Shown here piece by piece: positions 37,601-52,500 of a stretch of DNA of 64,000 nt. Where the stretch lies: positions 8,432,001 through 8,496,000 of the forward strand of contig JBHGNT010000007.1 of the NCBI GenBank assembly GCA_043228905.1. The letters are read 5' to 3'. Position numbers and translations under genes: made by a program. Below the pieces are notes generated by a model. The model saw only the letters and a list, made by a program, of their open reading frames with translations, had not been told where the DNA came from and did no database searches. Every line of letters begins with the position of its first letter. Position 1 is the first letter of the stretch. Source of the DNA: Azolla caroliniana (lineage: Eukaryota > Plantae > Polypodiophyta).

Positions 37601-38873
37601 CTTTGATCTCATTCCGACAATTGGATGAAGACATCATCTGTGCTGGCTTCTCATCAGGAGGGTGGATACTCCATAGGGGGAACCTCCTGCTTGCTCGAGG
37701 ACCAAAAATACATTCGTTGTACCCGTTATAAGTCACACTCAGAAAGGGTGACTTGTTCCTGGTTGACATTCCATTGTCATCACTATGACATGCACGACTT
37801 GGACACCTGAACAAGGCCAACATCATGCATCTATCTAGAGCCGGATACATCCCTAAACGCTTATTCTCTGATCTTCAGTTCTGCAGAGCATTGCCAATAT
37901 GGCAAACAAATAGCTGCATCACACCCGACATCAACACCGAGAGAATCGAGTCCACTCGATCTGGTCCACTCGGACGTTTGTGGTCCTATGCCGCATCAGT
38001 CTCTCGACGGTGCCTTGTACTTCGTCAGCTTTATTGACGACTCGAATCACAAGGTGGGGGCTTATCTTATCAAAACCAAAGATCAAGTGTTGTCGATTCT
38101 TTCCAAATGGCTCACTATGGTAGAGAACCAATCCAGTCGAAAGCGGAAATGCCTTCGAACTGATAATGGAGGAGAGTTCAAGTCTGAAGAATTCATTAGA
38201 TTTTGCTGACAACGCGGCATTCGACGTGAATATAGGGCACCATATGGTCCGAAGCAGAATGGAATTGCCGAGCGGATGAATCAGACAATTCAGGATAGGA
38301 TATTATCCATGCTTCAACACTCTGGATTGTCGGATGGCTTCTGGGCAGAGGCCCTACTTATGGCAATACACATAATCAATATGTCGCCGTGTAGGCCTCT
38401 AGGACTTCGAATACTTCAGGAATTATGGACTGGCAGTAAGCCGAATTATGACAAGATGAGGATTTTCCGATGCGAGGCATACGCCGCAAACTTGCACTAA
38501 GGACCAGGAAATGCATTTTCCTGGGTTATGGACCAGACGACAAGTACGGATATCGACTCTGGGACCTTGAGACAGACAGATCGTCCGAAGTTCAGACGTA
38601 ATGTTCAATGAGTCAACTATGCATAAGACGGCCGAAAGGCCTATTAAAGTTTGAAGGGTAGTTTTTTCAGATGTGCCAACCCTTCACAAAGGCCTAGCCC
38701 ATAACACAAGGTCGGCTTCATGGGTAACCGAATCCTCAAGCCTTGACTTGGCAGTGACTGACTCAGCACAATTGAATGACTCGACATTGGACCATTCGAC
38801 TCTAACACTTGATGCGACTAGGCCAGTCATACCTTGAATATCCGAGAGATTGTCGCAACCCCCTAGAGAGGTA
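34672..38873 (+). mobile_element. Degenerate Copia element (Copia-2): 5' LTR 34672-35204, iMet PBS, gag, PR, IN; interrupted at 38874
   Basis: LTR ends CCCAACA, followed by TGGTATCAAAGC at 35207. Gag from 35852; WLLDSGASYH protease; FIDD…LRTDNGGEF integrase; many stops. Confidence 0.85.
36146..36802. mobile_element. hAT-type non-autonomous element (657 bp, AT-rich) inserted in Copia-2 gag
   Basis: TIR CATAGATTGACA / TGTCAATCTATG; 8-bp TSD CCTGCGGA / CTTGCGGA (7 of 8 match). Confidence 0.88.
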
Positions 38874-39181
38874 TGTTGGGAAATAGGTCCCTCAGGATGG
38901 GATCTGGTTATGAATGAAGAGGACCCTCTGAGAACCGGAAGAGATCTGAAAACCGGATCGGATGGACTTGGTGAAAACCGGAAGAGATCTGGGAACCAGA
39001 TCGGATGGACCCAATGAGAACCGGAAGAGAAGACATATTTGTAAATATGTTTTGAGTAAGCCTATTGAGGCTATATTTGTAAATAGCCCTAAGTTCATAT
39101 GAGTATAAATATGACTTAGGGCAATCACAGATGTGTGGTTGTTGTCATATTGTTGTATGTGCATAACTGTTGTATAAAGAG

Positions 39182-39261
<80 letters not shown>

Positions 39262-40688
39262 TATACAAAGCGATGCTCTATTGTAACCGCCGCTTGGCGA
39301 AGATATAGAGCTCGAGGTCGTTGCCTCCGAGTATCTGATAGTATCTTTCTTATATAGTGATAGCTTGGAGTCTGTGGGCTCCCGTGGTTTTTCCCTATTA
39401 GGGTTTTCCATGTAAACATCTTGTGTACTTTCCATTGCTTGTGTGAGTACGTGCGTTCACTCTCTATTTCACATTTCTGTGTTTCATTCTCATTGAAGTG
39501 ATTCAAGACTCGGTTGTGGCCGAGCAATATTCCACGCTATTCTCTTCAAACTGGTATCAGAGCGAACAACACAGGAAATGGAAGAATCGTTCGGCAGCAT
39601 GTTCAAGCTCATCGGCTCCAACTACTCAGTGTGGAAGTCGAAGGTGAGGGATATGCTGCTGGTTAAAGATCTTTGGTTTCGGGTTCAATTCGGGGACAAG
39701 AGACCGGATAAGATCAACGCTCCAATGTGGGAGGTGATGCACATGAAGACAACATCATACATCCGGTGCTTCAGCACATGAAGACAACAACATACATCCG
39801 GTGCTTCGTCGACATGAGCCTGTACAACAACTTCAATGAAGAAAGTAAGGCTCATGAACTCTGGGAGAAGATCAACATCATGTTCCAGAACAAGAATGCC
39901 GTTAATCGGGTTTCGATATTCTGGAAGCTAGTGAGGCTCTGGTACTAGGACGACTCCAATATGGTGGAACACATGAATGCCTTCCAACAGCTGATACATC
40001 AAGCCACCTCATTGGAAGTACTCGCATTACTCATGCTCGGTTCCCTCCCGGATAGTTGGGAGACGCTAGTTGTCACGTTGGGCAACGCCGGGCGGGAAGG
40101 AAGACAATTGTCCCTAGCAAGAGTCAAGTCAAGCTTGCTAGATGAAGAAGCTCGCCGGAACAACCGGGAGTCCGGAACCGATCCCAAGGCCCTGGTTACG
40201 GAAGATGACCATAATCGGGGAAGAGGCCGGTATCAGAGTCCCCAAATCCGAGACAAATCGGGGACAAGGTCGATGTCAAGGTAGAGGCCTACTTGCTTCT
40301 ACTGTGGGAAGCCCAGGAACTTCCGGAAGAACTGTCGGCATTTCCGGAAAGAGAAAGGAACCAACAGTTCCGATTCGAAGAAGGGTTCGGACCGGAAAGG
40401 CTCGGATCGGAAGGGAACGTCGGAAATCGTGACAAGTGAAGAAAAACTAATGCTCATTACCAAGGAGAATTAGTTAAACCTTTTCAGCGACGAGACAACG
40501 GGGGTAGTTGAATCCAGAGCATCGTTTCACTGGACACCGAGCTGGAGATGCTTCTCATCCTACACAACGGGAGATCACGGTTGTGTCCGGATGGGGAATG
40601 AAGGAACATGCCGAATTGTCGGCATAAGAGATGTGTTGTTGACGACATCAACCGGATGCAAGTTGCTGCTGAAGGATGTCCGACACGT

Positions 40689-43600
40689 TGTCGCGCCTTT
40701 CGGCGCCGGATCGTTTGCGTGAGTCGGGTGGGAACCACTGAGGTTTTGGACTAGGAGAAAAGAAAATTCTAAGGCAATGAAGAATATGGAATATGTTGTA
40801 AGAAAGAAAGATATGAAAAACTCGTGAATCCCATGAGTATAGTGTATTAGTGAGTACTCAGATTAAGAGAGAAAAATAGTTAGCAAATTTGTGAATCCCA
40901 CAATTATATTATATTAATCCACCCTTGTAAAATAAGCAACAACAACCAATACATCTTTCTCTCCTCCTTATATAAGGATGGAAGAGGCTAAGCATAGGTT
41001 CATGCTTTTTCTAAAGTGTTCATGCACACTAAATGTGCATGAGTTGCCTCTTTACACTATGCTTTTATTTCCTAAATATAGTGCTCATGCTCGCTATATG
41101 TGCACGAGTCATTTTTTATTGGTGTACATTTTTCTTATAAATAAAGTATTCACGCATTCTAAAAAATGCATGACTTACCTTTTAATAAAGGTAGGCGTAA
41201 ATAAAGGTCTTATATGTATTAAATCTATATTTAAAACACTTAGGATAAGTTAGTACAATGGTAAGGTTGGGGTTTGTTTATGTGGAGGTATAGGGTTCAA
41301 ATCTTGTCCTATGCACGTAATAAATATTTTTAATATTTTATTTTATGTATTATACGTACTTTAAATCGGATATAGTATTTTACATATTTCACGTAGTGTG
41401 TGATTCACACTACGACACTCGCCCCCTCCAAACCCACACATCCTCCGGTATGTGCCGAAGTCCCCGATGCTTGCTATTCACCTTCATCCGAAGCTTCCTC
41501 CGATTCTCCCCTTAAGTTGATTATGAGTTGTAATCCACTTTCTTCGCTTTCCGCATCACCGTGATCTTCGTCCGATTGCTCCTTCTTGTCGGTCTTGTCT
41601 AGGATCACATAGGGTTCTTCATCAGTCCGCTTCTTGAAAATCTTCACCCATTTCCTAGCTATAGGCACTCGTAGCATCGTTCCATCCAACTCGCATAGTC
41701 GGTAAGGTCCATTGTTGAAAACTTTCCGAACCTCGTATGGCTTGAACCACCTTTTCGTGAACTTCCCATCGTTGTATGTTGATGATCCAAACTACTGTCG
41801 TAGACAATCACCCAATCTCCTTCTTCAATCTTCCGTGGTCGTAGTCGGTGCTTTGTGTCGAACCAACTTTTATTCCGGAATCACGCTTCTTGTTATCGGC
41901 GTATGGCTTCCACTATGTCTTCCGGTCTTCCCTCTAGTTGTCGTATCCGGACCGCTAGTAGTTCTTCCCGGCTCATCTCTTCCTTCCACGGTAGCACTGT
42001 CCATGTCGCGATCGCGGTTTCCGTTTGCATTACCGGTGCTTGTCCGGTCATGAGTTCTGCCGGCATGTGTCGGTTACGGAGCTATGCGTCGTCCGATCCG
42101 CCCATAGTGCATACGGAAGCATCTGCGGCCAATCCTTCACCCTTCCATCGCATGCCTTCGCAAGTGCTTTGATGATTGGACTATGTCCTCGTTCGATCTT
42201 CCTGTTGGTTTCCGGATTGTATGCCGTTGTCAGTGTTAACCGAACTCCATGTTTGGTGAAGAATTCCTTAGCTTTATCAGAGTCGAGTTCTCCCCGATCC
42301 ACAATCACTTGTCCTACGCACCCGTACCTGCAAAAAACCTCCTCCAAAAGAAATTGGCATACTGCAGAACACGTTTTCCTTCGTGCACCCGACCTTCTAC
42401 TTGATTTGTGAGATCTTCTCGAGCTAACACCAAGTACTTCTTTTGTCCGATCCCGGTTGGCATGGCTACAATATCGACCATCCATTTGAAGTTGATTGTC
42501 GGTGAGAATGTCGGATGTAACTCATCTCGGTGTCAAACTCCGGAGTAGATTTGACACTTCTTGCAGCTTTCCGTGAATTCCGCTATATCTTTGTACATGT
42601 TCTTCCACCAATATTTTTGTTTGATTTTCACAAAAGTTGCCCATGTTCCTCGATGTCCAGCCCAATCGGATTCGTGAAATTTGGACATTATCCGGTTTCG
42701 TTGCTCTTTCGTCCCGACTACCCGAAGTGGTGTGTCATCCGGTCTTTTCGGCTCCCTCCATATTAATCCATTTTTCAAGAAGAACTTTCGGACTTTCCGC
42801 TTCTTACTTCGGATCTCGGCTCTCTTCTCTTTATTGTCCGATGATTCCTCGATTTCTTGTAGCACTTTCCCGATCAACAAGCTTTCTCCCTCGTATTCTT
42901 CTTCCCGGAATTCTCGGATTACGTTCACCCGGCATATGTGCTTCGAAGCAAAGTAGTCTTCGGAAACTTCTTCATTATCGGATTTGGTTATGTCATCTCC
43001 GAATTGCGCCCTTGATAGCATATCCGCTACTGCATTGTCTTTTCCAGAGATGTGCCGTACCTCCGGATTAAGCAACTTAACATATGAAATCCATCTTAGC
43101 ATAGTCACATCCGGTATCATGCAACACTGCATCATCCCGAGTATCGGAAGCCAATCCGTTTCGATCACTACTTCGGCTCTGATCAAATAATCTCGATCTA
43201 ATTTGATTGCCGACACGACTCCCAATAATTCTCTTTTGATTTGTGCATATCCGCGTTGCCTTTCGTTGAGAACCTTTGCTCCGAATCGGATCGGATATCG
43301 TGAACCATCCGAATCGGTTTGATTGATGACCCATCCGATTCCTGTTGGACTTGTGTCAACTGTTACTATGATTGGTCGGTCATAGTTCGGCTTCTTTAGT
43401 TCTTTTGCCCTCCATAGTGATTTCTTGAGCTTCTTCACAGCTTTGGTATGCTCCAGTTTCCATTCGAACTTCTTACCCTTCCGCAACAAGTGATAGAGTG
43501 GGTCCGCAATATGTGCATAGTGCGGAATCCATATGTGATAGAATGCACATGCTCCAAGAAACCTTCGGACTTCGGATTGTGACTCGCATACTTCTTTCAT

Positions 43601-46600
43601 AGCTTGAATCGCATCAATCTTGGTTGGTGACAGTGTTCGGCCGTAGGGCCCACATAGATGTCCGACTACCAATATTTCTTCTTGCCCGAATGCCGATTTC
43701 TCACCGGAAGGTGTTAGGTGCACATCTTCTAAGTTTCGAAGCACTTTCTTGCAATCGCAAATATGGTCGACTACGAACTGTCGGCATCCCCGATCATCCG
43801 TAGTCTCATCTTTTTCTTCCACCGCACATCCTTTTATCGGAATGTCATCTCCGGAATGCAGTCCCGGAGCACCTTGTTCATTGCATTCATCATATGTGCA
43901 ACCGAGTTTGTTGCGCCTTGTGGTAGTGTGCACATACGGACTAATCCTATCGGTGTCCGCATGGTAGTGATGTCGTGGCTCTCCACGGCTAGTTGGAATT
44001 GGTCATATCCGGAGTATAGGTCTCCAATGGAGTATATCACGACTGGCAAATGCTTCCACAAATTCATCCACTATCGGACCGACTCCGGAGTTCTGGATCG
44101 TGACCTTGTTCACCGGTTGCAAGTCTTGGATAAATCGGAGTGACCCATTCTTCTTCAGAACCGTAAACCATCGATTTGAGTACGGAGCATTTGATGGCTC
44201 TAGAATCCCCATCGCCACCTTCTCCTTGAGCAAGTCGATGACTTTCGGAATATGCGCCCGTGGCACCGAAATCAGCTTCAGGTTCCATGGCACATGCTCA
44301 ATCGTGAAGATCACCATCGGCTCCACTATCTTCAGATCAACGCACCCTATCTCCTTCGATGTGAATGCAAATGCTTTCCCATGTTGTTCCAACATCCCTC
44401 GGAATCGTTCTTTTTCATTTTGTAAAAGGAAACCACCTCCACCGATCCGAAGTTTCTTTCGGGTCTCATCTGTGAAGGCATGTCCGATATCCACGGACTT
44501 CTGAAGTGTCGGATCTCCCGAGACTTCTTTCCTCTTTTGTTCGCTATCGGCGGGTAGTGGTCCTGCGGCCGGTTTCACCTTCTCCACGATCTTGTATTTC
44601 ATACTTACCATTGTTTCTTCTTTGCGGAGCGCATCCGGCCCCATTTTCACAATGATCTTGTACATCTCGACCGATTCCACCGGGACTACCCGATCTCTCT
44701 GGCTTGTATCTTTCGCGAGCTCTTCAAGCCGTTGTAGCGTGCTCCCATAGAACATTTCTTCAACTATTCCCACAATTTCTTCATCTTCTTTTATTATTGA
44801 TGCCAACCGTAACTTATCCTCCACTTTTCGGTATTCTTTCTTCATTCCTCCGGTTACAGTCGTGTACGTAGATGCCCCATCTGGCCCGATTCGTACTTGT
44901 CTTGCTCTGAGAATTTTCTTCCTGTGTGGGGTATCAGGGCTTCTCGAACTATCACTTCCCCACTCTGCAACAATCCGCTCTAAAAATCCATCCTTGTTTG
45001 GGACAAGAGCTCTCTTTTGTTCCTTTCATGATTTGCCGGCACCGTTAGGAATTGGACGGATTTCCCTCCATTTTGGTTCCGAATTCGTGCAAAAGCCGCA
45101 CCGCTATTGAGCACCTTCATCGCCATCCGTGAAGCCGTGATAAAGGGTTGCCCGAGGATCACGAAGTGTGAGACCTCTTCTTGTACGAAGAAATTTTGGT
45201 CGATCTTGACATCCCCGATCTTCACTGTCACATCCGGACAAGCCGCAAATAGATCTTCCGTTGCTTTAGTGGCCGCCCGGATCTTCCATCCATGATTGGT
45301 GTTAATAGGCCACTTCCCCTTCCGGTAGAACTCCTTAGACATCAAATTGATCTTCGATCCATGATCAATCAATGCTAGCACGGGCTCTTTGATGTTGCCG
45401 ATTCGGACCGGAGTCTCGGTGGTTGCACGCGCCCAGTGTGGCTTTGTATAGTGGGAATTCGGAATCTCGTCCTCCACTTCGGTGTCGTTCATCAAAACGG
45501 TATTTGCATTCACCATCGATGCATTTTCCTCCGTAGTTTGTCTTTTTCTTTTCACGAGATCCCCAAGAAGATCATGGAACTCTTTTTTTGCTATTCTGAG
45601 TAGTTCCCGAAGCGAAAAATCTACCCGACTATCAAGGATTCTCTCCTCGAACACCTTTTTCAAGTCCGTTTGTTGTTCGATGTCTGAGGTGATCTTGAAT
45701 GCCAGAATCATTTTTCCTTTCCCTCTTCCATCGGAGTTCTAGCTCTCCGGTGTCTTTGATGGTCCAGCCGCATCATCCGTGCGCCGTCGTTTCTCGTCTA
45801 CATACACTTCATGCAATTGACATAGTGCATGTACTCTATTCTTGTCTACGGGGCACTCCCATCCCGTAGCTTCTTGGATACATTCTGCGGCGCTTCGGAT
45901 TTCATCATGGTCGGCTTTCTTGGAAATTTCTAGCACTTCCGGCCAAAAAGATGCCTTTGCTATAGATGACTCCTCCACATGTATTCCCGTGGTTGTCGCA
46001 AAATGGTTTTTCGCCGCGATCTCCTCCTCTAGGACCTTCTTCATGCCGCCTTTAAGGATGTTTGGTCGGAGTGGCTTCCAAGAATCCATCGAATGAATCC
46101 GATTTCCCTTGTAGTAGATAAGATCCCGTTGTAGCGCTTCCTTGTGCTCGTCGCAATCCCTCCGATCATGTTCGGTGCTATCGCACCATATGCACCGACG
46201 GTCCATATACTTGGAACTTGTGGGACGATCATCCGACTTCTTCACCATCACGATTTTTAGATTCTCCATCTCCTTCAGTAACTGCTCCACCGTAGTTGCG
46301 TCGATTCCCTTCTCGGTCATAGCTTCCCAACCCCGTGGTTGATGGTCTTCCGATCCGGATCTCGATTTCGGAATCGGTTTCGAAACCCTCTTCTCTTCGT
46401 TGGCAAGCCATTGCCCCCTCTTTGTGTATCGCGTGACGATATCCCGCACGCTTTCCCATGTTTCGGTGAGGCCACTCTTGGTAGTCGTATCCTCTAGCAG
46501 CACTCCAAGATCCTTCCGGTCCTGAACATCTACGGCTCGTAAGAACATGATAACTTTGTCCGGTGCAAGGATAGCTTGATCTCTCGCGGACAACCTCCCG

Positions 46601-48459
46601 AACCGACTTTCGAATGCCGAAAACACATCGAGGACCTTCATCCCCTTATCCGGGGTTTCCACCCAATCCTCGAATCATCTCCGCGTTGCCTTGGAGGAGT
46701 CCTCGATAGAGAACGTGGTCTTTAGCACCTCTTCAAACACTTCCCACGTCGGATTTTGTTGTCGTAGCTTGTGGATACTTGCTTGAAGCCCGTCGGTAGC
46801 CACCCGGTTGAAGGATGTCACTTGCAATCCTTCCGAAATCTCGCACCGTATCTATCATTTCCGCCTTGTAGTCCCGAAGATAGTGTGATACGTCCTTTCC
46901 GTTGAATTGCCCGATCCGTTGCATGAGCCGCTCTACTACCGTCACTATCTCCGACATCACACGTTATTCTTAAAACATCCGCTCGAACATCATCATCATG
47001 TTGTTAGCCTCTGGTTGATTTTCCATCTCCTTGCTGTTGGGAGATAGGTCCCTCCGGATGGGAAGGGAGAAGAATAGTGCCGACGAACAAACTCGGCCGA
47101 GGCCGAAACGGTATGAACCGGATGGGGAGTACCCGACTGCGGAGAGCCGGATGGTGTAGGCCCGGTATGAACCGGATGGGGAGTACCCGACTACGGAGAG
47201 CCGGATGGTGCAGGCCCGGTATGAACCGGAGGAAGAGACATATTCGTAAATATGTTTCTGAGAGCCCATCGAGGCTACATTTGTAAATAGCCGAAAAGTC
47301 ATATTAGTATAAATATGACTTAGGGCAAACTGTTGTTTTTTTGTTGTTGTTATAATTCTTCCTTGTTGGTGCAAGAAGAAGATAGAGCGCGTAACTGTAC
47401 AGAGAGAGAGAGAGAGAGACGAGGTCGTTGCCTCTGTTGTAACCGCCGCCTGTGGCGAAGATCTGTGAGCACGAGGTCGTTGCGTCAGTGAACTCACTGT
47501 TGTATATTCCTACATACTGACAGTTTGCAGCCTGTGGGCTGCCGTGGTTTTTCCCTTATTTTGGGGTTTTCCACGTAAACCTCCTGTGTACCATTTCTCC
47601 CCTTTGTGTCGCGTTTCATTACCTGTTTTTCTGTGTATGAAAAGAATCTCGGTTGTGGCCGAGCGTCGGACATAAGGAACGTTGAGTTCTCATCACTTGC
47701 CACCCGTGTTCATGTCGGGTACACCACCTGTGTCGTGCCTTTCGGCGCCGGATCGTTTGCGTGAGTCGGGTGGGAACCACTGAGGTTTTGGACTAGGAGA
47801 AAAGAAAATTCTAAGGCAATGAAGAATATGGAATATGTTGTAAGAAAGAAAGATATGAAAAACTCGTGAATCCCACGAGTATAGTGTATTAGTGAGTACT
47901 CAGATTAAGAGAGAAAAATAGTTAGCAAATTCGTGAATCCCACGATTATATTATATTAATCCACCCTTGTAAAATAAGCAACAACAACCCATACATCTTT
48001 CTCTCCTCCTTATATAAGGATGGAAGAGGCTAAGCATAGGTTCATGCTTTTTCTAAAGTGTTCATGCACACTAAATGTGCATGAGTTGCCTCTTTACACT
48101 ATGCTTTTATTTCCTAAATATAGTGCTCATGCTCGCTATATGTGCACGAGTCATTTTTTATTGGTGTACATTTTTCTTATAAATAAAGTATTCACGCATT
48201 CTAAAAAATGCATGACTTACCTTTTAATAAAGGTAGGCGTAAATAAAGGTCTTATATGTATTAAATCTATATTTAGAACACTTAAGATAAATTAGTACAA
48301 TGGTAAGGTTGGGGTTTGTCTATGTGGAGGTACAAGGTTCAAATCTTGTCCTATGCACGTAATAAATATTTTTAATATTTTATTTTATGTATTATACGGA
48401 CTTTAAATCAGATATAGTATTTTACATATTTCACGTAGTTTGTGATTCACACTACGACA
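40689..48459 (-). mobile_element. Full-length degenerate Gypsy (Gypsy-2), same lineage as Gypsy-1
   Basis: 729-bp LTRs at 40689-41417 and 47731-48459, slightly diverged. TSD ACGT. Trp-type PBS at 47710-47726; PPT at 41418-41429. ORF fragments are clearly homologous to Gypsy-1 (HWARATTETPV, DHGS, EIGCVD..IVEPMVIFT). Confidence 0.95.
47035..47660 (+). mobile_element. Truncated solo LTR of the Copia-3 family in the Gypsy-2 leader
   Basis: Starts TGTTGGGAGATAGGTCCC and is homologous to 38874-39548 and 61030-61818. The 3' terminus and a TSD were not seen. Confidence 0.85.
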
Positions 48460-49551
48460 ACGTTTCGGAGGTTCGACTGAACCTGATATCAACCGGTCGG
48501 CTAAATGATGAAGGCTACATGGGTAGCATCCGGAACAGAGTTATGAAGTTAAGCAAAGGGAGCCTAATAGTGGCTTGAGCTCGGAAGGTCATCACACTAT
48601 ACTTGATGCATGCCCGGATATGTCGGGAAGAAGTGAATGTTGCATCCGACACTGTTGGTGAGTTGTGGCACAAGAGATTGTGTCATATGAGCCAGAAGGG
48701 GATGAGAAGACTTGCCGAAGACAACCTCATTTCGGAGGTGAAAGACGTGCATCTTGAGAAGTGCACCGATTGCTTGGCCGGCAAGCAAAACCAAACCTCC
48801 TTCTGGTCAAGACCACCAATGAGACGGAATGCACCACTAGAGGTGGTGCATACCGATGTGTGTCATGTGGGCACGAAGTCACATGCCAGATCATGTAGTA
48901 CTTCGTGACATTCATAGATGACCATAGCCAAAAGTTGTGGGTCTCACCGTTGAAGACGAAGGATCAGGTGATATCCGTCTTCAAGGAACTCCACGCGAGA
49001 GTGGAAAGAGATACCGGCCAGAAGCTGAAGGCGGTTCGAGCGGACAACGGAGGAGAATATCGGGGCAATTCGAGGAGTATTGTCAGTCGAAGGGAATCCA
49101 ACTCGAATTCACCGTGTCGAAGACGCCGGAATTGAACGGGCTGGCCGAACGGATGAACCAGACCGTGATGGAGAGAGTCTAGAGCATGCTGGCACATGCA
49201 AAGTTACCCAAGAAATTTTGGTCTTAGGCGTTGACGACGGCGACCTATGTGATAAATAGATCACCCTCAGTACCCTTGGATGGAGACACGACGCAAAGAG
49301 TATGGACCGGTAAGGACGTATCCTACTGTCATCTAAAGGTGTTTGGATGTCGCACTTATGTGCATGTGGCGAAGGACAAGAGAGAAAAGCTGGATCCGAA
49401 GTCCCGACCATGCATATTCCTTGGATACGGAGATGATGAGTAAAGTTACCGGGTGTGGGATCTGGTCGACGAGAAGGTGTTCCGGAGTCGGGACATAGTC
49501 TTCATGGAAGACAAGACCATGCTGATTGGGAATCGGAGAGAAGGTGATGAA

Positions 49552-52500
49552 TGTTACACTTGCGTGTTCCTCTAGTAGCTTTGATGTGAACCATTTTCCC
49601 TATACATGGGCACTTTTTACTCTAGTGCTGGCTAGAGGTTTTTTCCCCATGTTACCACATACATGAGTCACTCATATGTGGTGGTACTTAGTACTTAGGG
49701 ATATATATTTCAGCTCCTATTTTTTTTTAGGAACATTCATCAATAGAGAGCTATTCCAGCCATTGCCTTCCTTGTGTGAGTGCTTCTTTCTTTGAGCTTC
49801 TTGTGTGTTTCCTACTCTTCCTCACATACCCAACAGTGGTATCAGAGCCAAGTTCTTCATCCTCTCCATCTTTGGTTGTCCGCATCGCGGTGTCGTGGCG
49901 CGCGCACACTTTTCATTGTGCAAATCAACTTCCGAATATAGAGAAGTGTATTTCAGCACTTGGAGCGCATTTTCAGCAGGTACCCTGCTGTTTTACCCCC
50001 ATTTCGAAGCCGTTCGTGTAGTCGAAATCGTCATCCGAGTGATAGTTTGTGAGCTGCATTTTCAGCACTCATTTCCGATTTGTTGAGGTAATATTTTACC
50101 ACTTTCTTGTTCTTTGGTAAAATGGCAAACAATGGTGATTTGTTTGGCATGCTTCAAGCTGAAGATAAGCTTGATGGGACAAACTATCCAATGTGGTCCT
50201 ACATGATGAAACACGTTCTTGTTGCCAAACAACTATGGAACATAGTGGTAGATGTAGATCGACGCCCCGCCGGTCCTACTACTTCACAGTCTACTATCAC
50301 AGATACAGGTTCATCTTCGAGCACAGTGACTTCATCTACTCCACCAACACAAGAGCAACTTAGATGGGATGGAAAAGATGCTCAAGCTCATGCATTGATT
50401 GCACTTTCTGTGAAGCGTCATATAGTTCCACATATTCGGTCATGCTCTACGTCCAAACAAGCATGGGACACTCTTGCTTCGTTGTATGCCGTGCGTAACG
50501 AAGCACGTGTTGCATATTTGAGAAAGCAACTTGAGGATGTATATATGGCTGAAAATGAGTCGGTAGATGTGTATGTGACACGCATTAAAGATTTGAAAGA
50601 GCAATTGGCAAACATTGATGAGATCATTTCGAATACATCACTTGTCTCTACGTTGTTGAAAGGATTACCCGAATCTTTTCAAAGCTTTGCTACTACTATT
50701 CGTTTGGTTGCAAAAGGGAATACGGATATGTACGCATTTGATGAGGTTGTGTCTCTTCTTTTGCAAGAAGAACAATCTAGAGTGAATAGAAGTGGTTTGA
50801 TAGAGGGAACACAAGCACTTGCTATCTCACAAAAAGGAAAAGGCAAGCATGGTTCAGCTTTTGGTTCTTCAAAACCAAAGCCTCAACCTCCCTCTTTCAC
50901 TTATTCCTCTAATGATGGTGATTTGCAAAAGAAGAAAAGATGCAAATATTGTCGAAAGGTTGGCCATACGATTGAAGAATGTAGAAAGCTTGTTAAGCGC
51001 AATGAGAAGAAGAAGGAATCCGGCATGACCATTTCTGAAAATGTTTCAAGTGCAAAGAGTGATGAGGCCAACATGGCTCAAGATTATTGGGCATGTGTTG
51101 TTACATATCATTATGATGCATCATTGCACTCTAAATGTATGGTTGTAAGTGAGATTGATTCGGATTGGTTCTTTGATAGTGGTGCTTCAAAGCACATTAC
51201 TTCATGCAAAAGTTTTTTTGCATCCTTGAAAGATGCACCCAAAGGTGGACATGTGGTGTGTGCAAACAATGCCTCTTATCCTATCATTGGAGTAGGAGAA
51301 ATTGAGCTTTCGGCTGCAAATGGAGGTGTTGTCATCTTAAAGAATGTATTGTATGTGCCCGGTATCAAGAAGAACTTAATTTCGGTTCCTTTGATTGCCA
51401 AAGCCGGACTTCATGTACATTTTGTTGATGATAAGTGCATGGTTCACGATTATAGCAATGGTGATGTTATCGTGATGTCCGGTACATTATGCAATGGCTT
51501 GTACCGTTTAGATACATACAAGAGGGCTTCTCTAAATGCCTTGGCTGTACATACTTCTTCCATGGCTGAAATGGAGCTTTGGCATGCTCGTTTTGGTCAC
51601 TTGAACTTCAATAGTTTGCTTCACTTGCAAAAGAAGGATATGGTTATTGGGTTGCCTACACTTGAGTCCATTGAAAAACATGCATGTGAAGGTTGCATTC
51701 TTGGAAAAATGCATCGTGCTTCTTTTCCAAAAGATAGTCATACACACACTACAAGAAAATTACAACTTGTTCATAGTGATGTGTGTGGTCCTGTAAAGAC
51801 TCCATCTTTTGGAAAGCATGTATATTTTGTTACCTTCATTGATGATGCTACTCGTCATACATGGGTGTATCCTATGAAAGCAAAGAATGAAGTCTTTTCT
51901 TGCTTCAAATCATTTTTAGCTATGGCTGAAAATTTTTCCGCAAATAAGCTCTTGACTCTACGCACGGATCGTGGTGGCGAATATATGTCACATGAGTTTA
52001 ATGCTTTTCTTTGTGAAAGAGGTATTTTACATCAATGTACGGTGCCATATACACCTCAACAAAATGGTGTTGCAGAACGCAAAAATAGAACACTCTTAGA
52101 GATGGCACGATGTATGGTTAAAGGAAAGCATCTTCCTAACAAGTTTTGGATGGAAGCGGTTATGTGTGCAAATTATGTGTTGAATCGTTGCCCTACAAAA
52201 GCGTTGAGAGTCATTACGCCATATGAGGCTTGGAATGGACATAAACCTATGGTTAGTCATATGCGTGTGTTCGGTTGTTTGGCATATGCTCTTGTGCCAT
52301 CACAACAACGTCACAAACTTGATGACAAGGCAAAGAAATGCATATTTGTTGGTTATAGTGCGGAAAGTAAGGGATATCGTTTGTATCATCCATTGACGGA
52401 CACAATTATTGTGAGTCGAGATGTGGTATTTGCTGAAAATTCAGCTTTCCCTTTTCTTGAATGCAAAAAACAACCAACAGTTAGCTCACAAGATGTGTTT

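Noticed and set aside
38892-39527. 211-aa minus-strand ORF with an SL repeat
   Set aside because: Translation through the (AG)n microsatellite of a Copia LTR.
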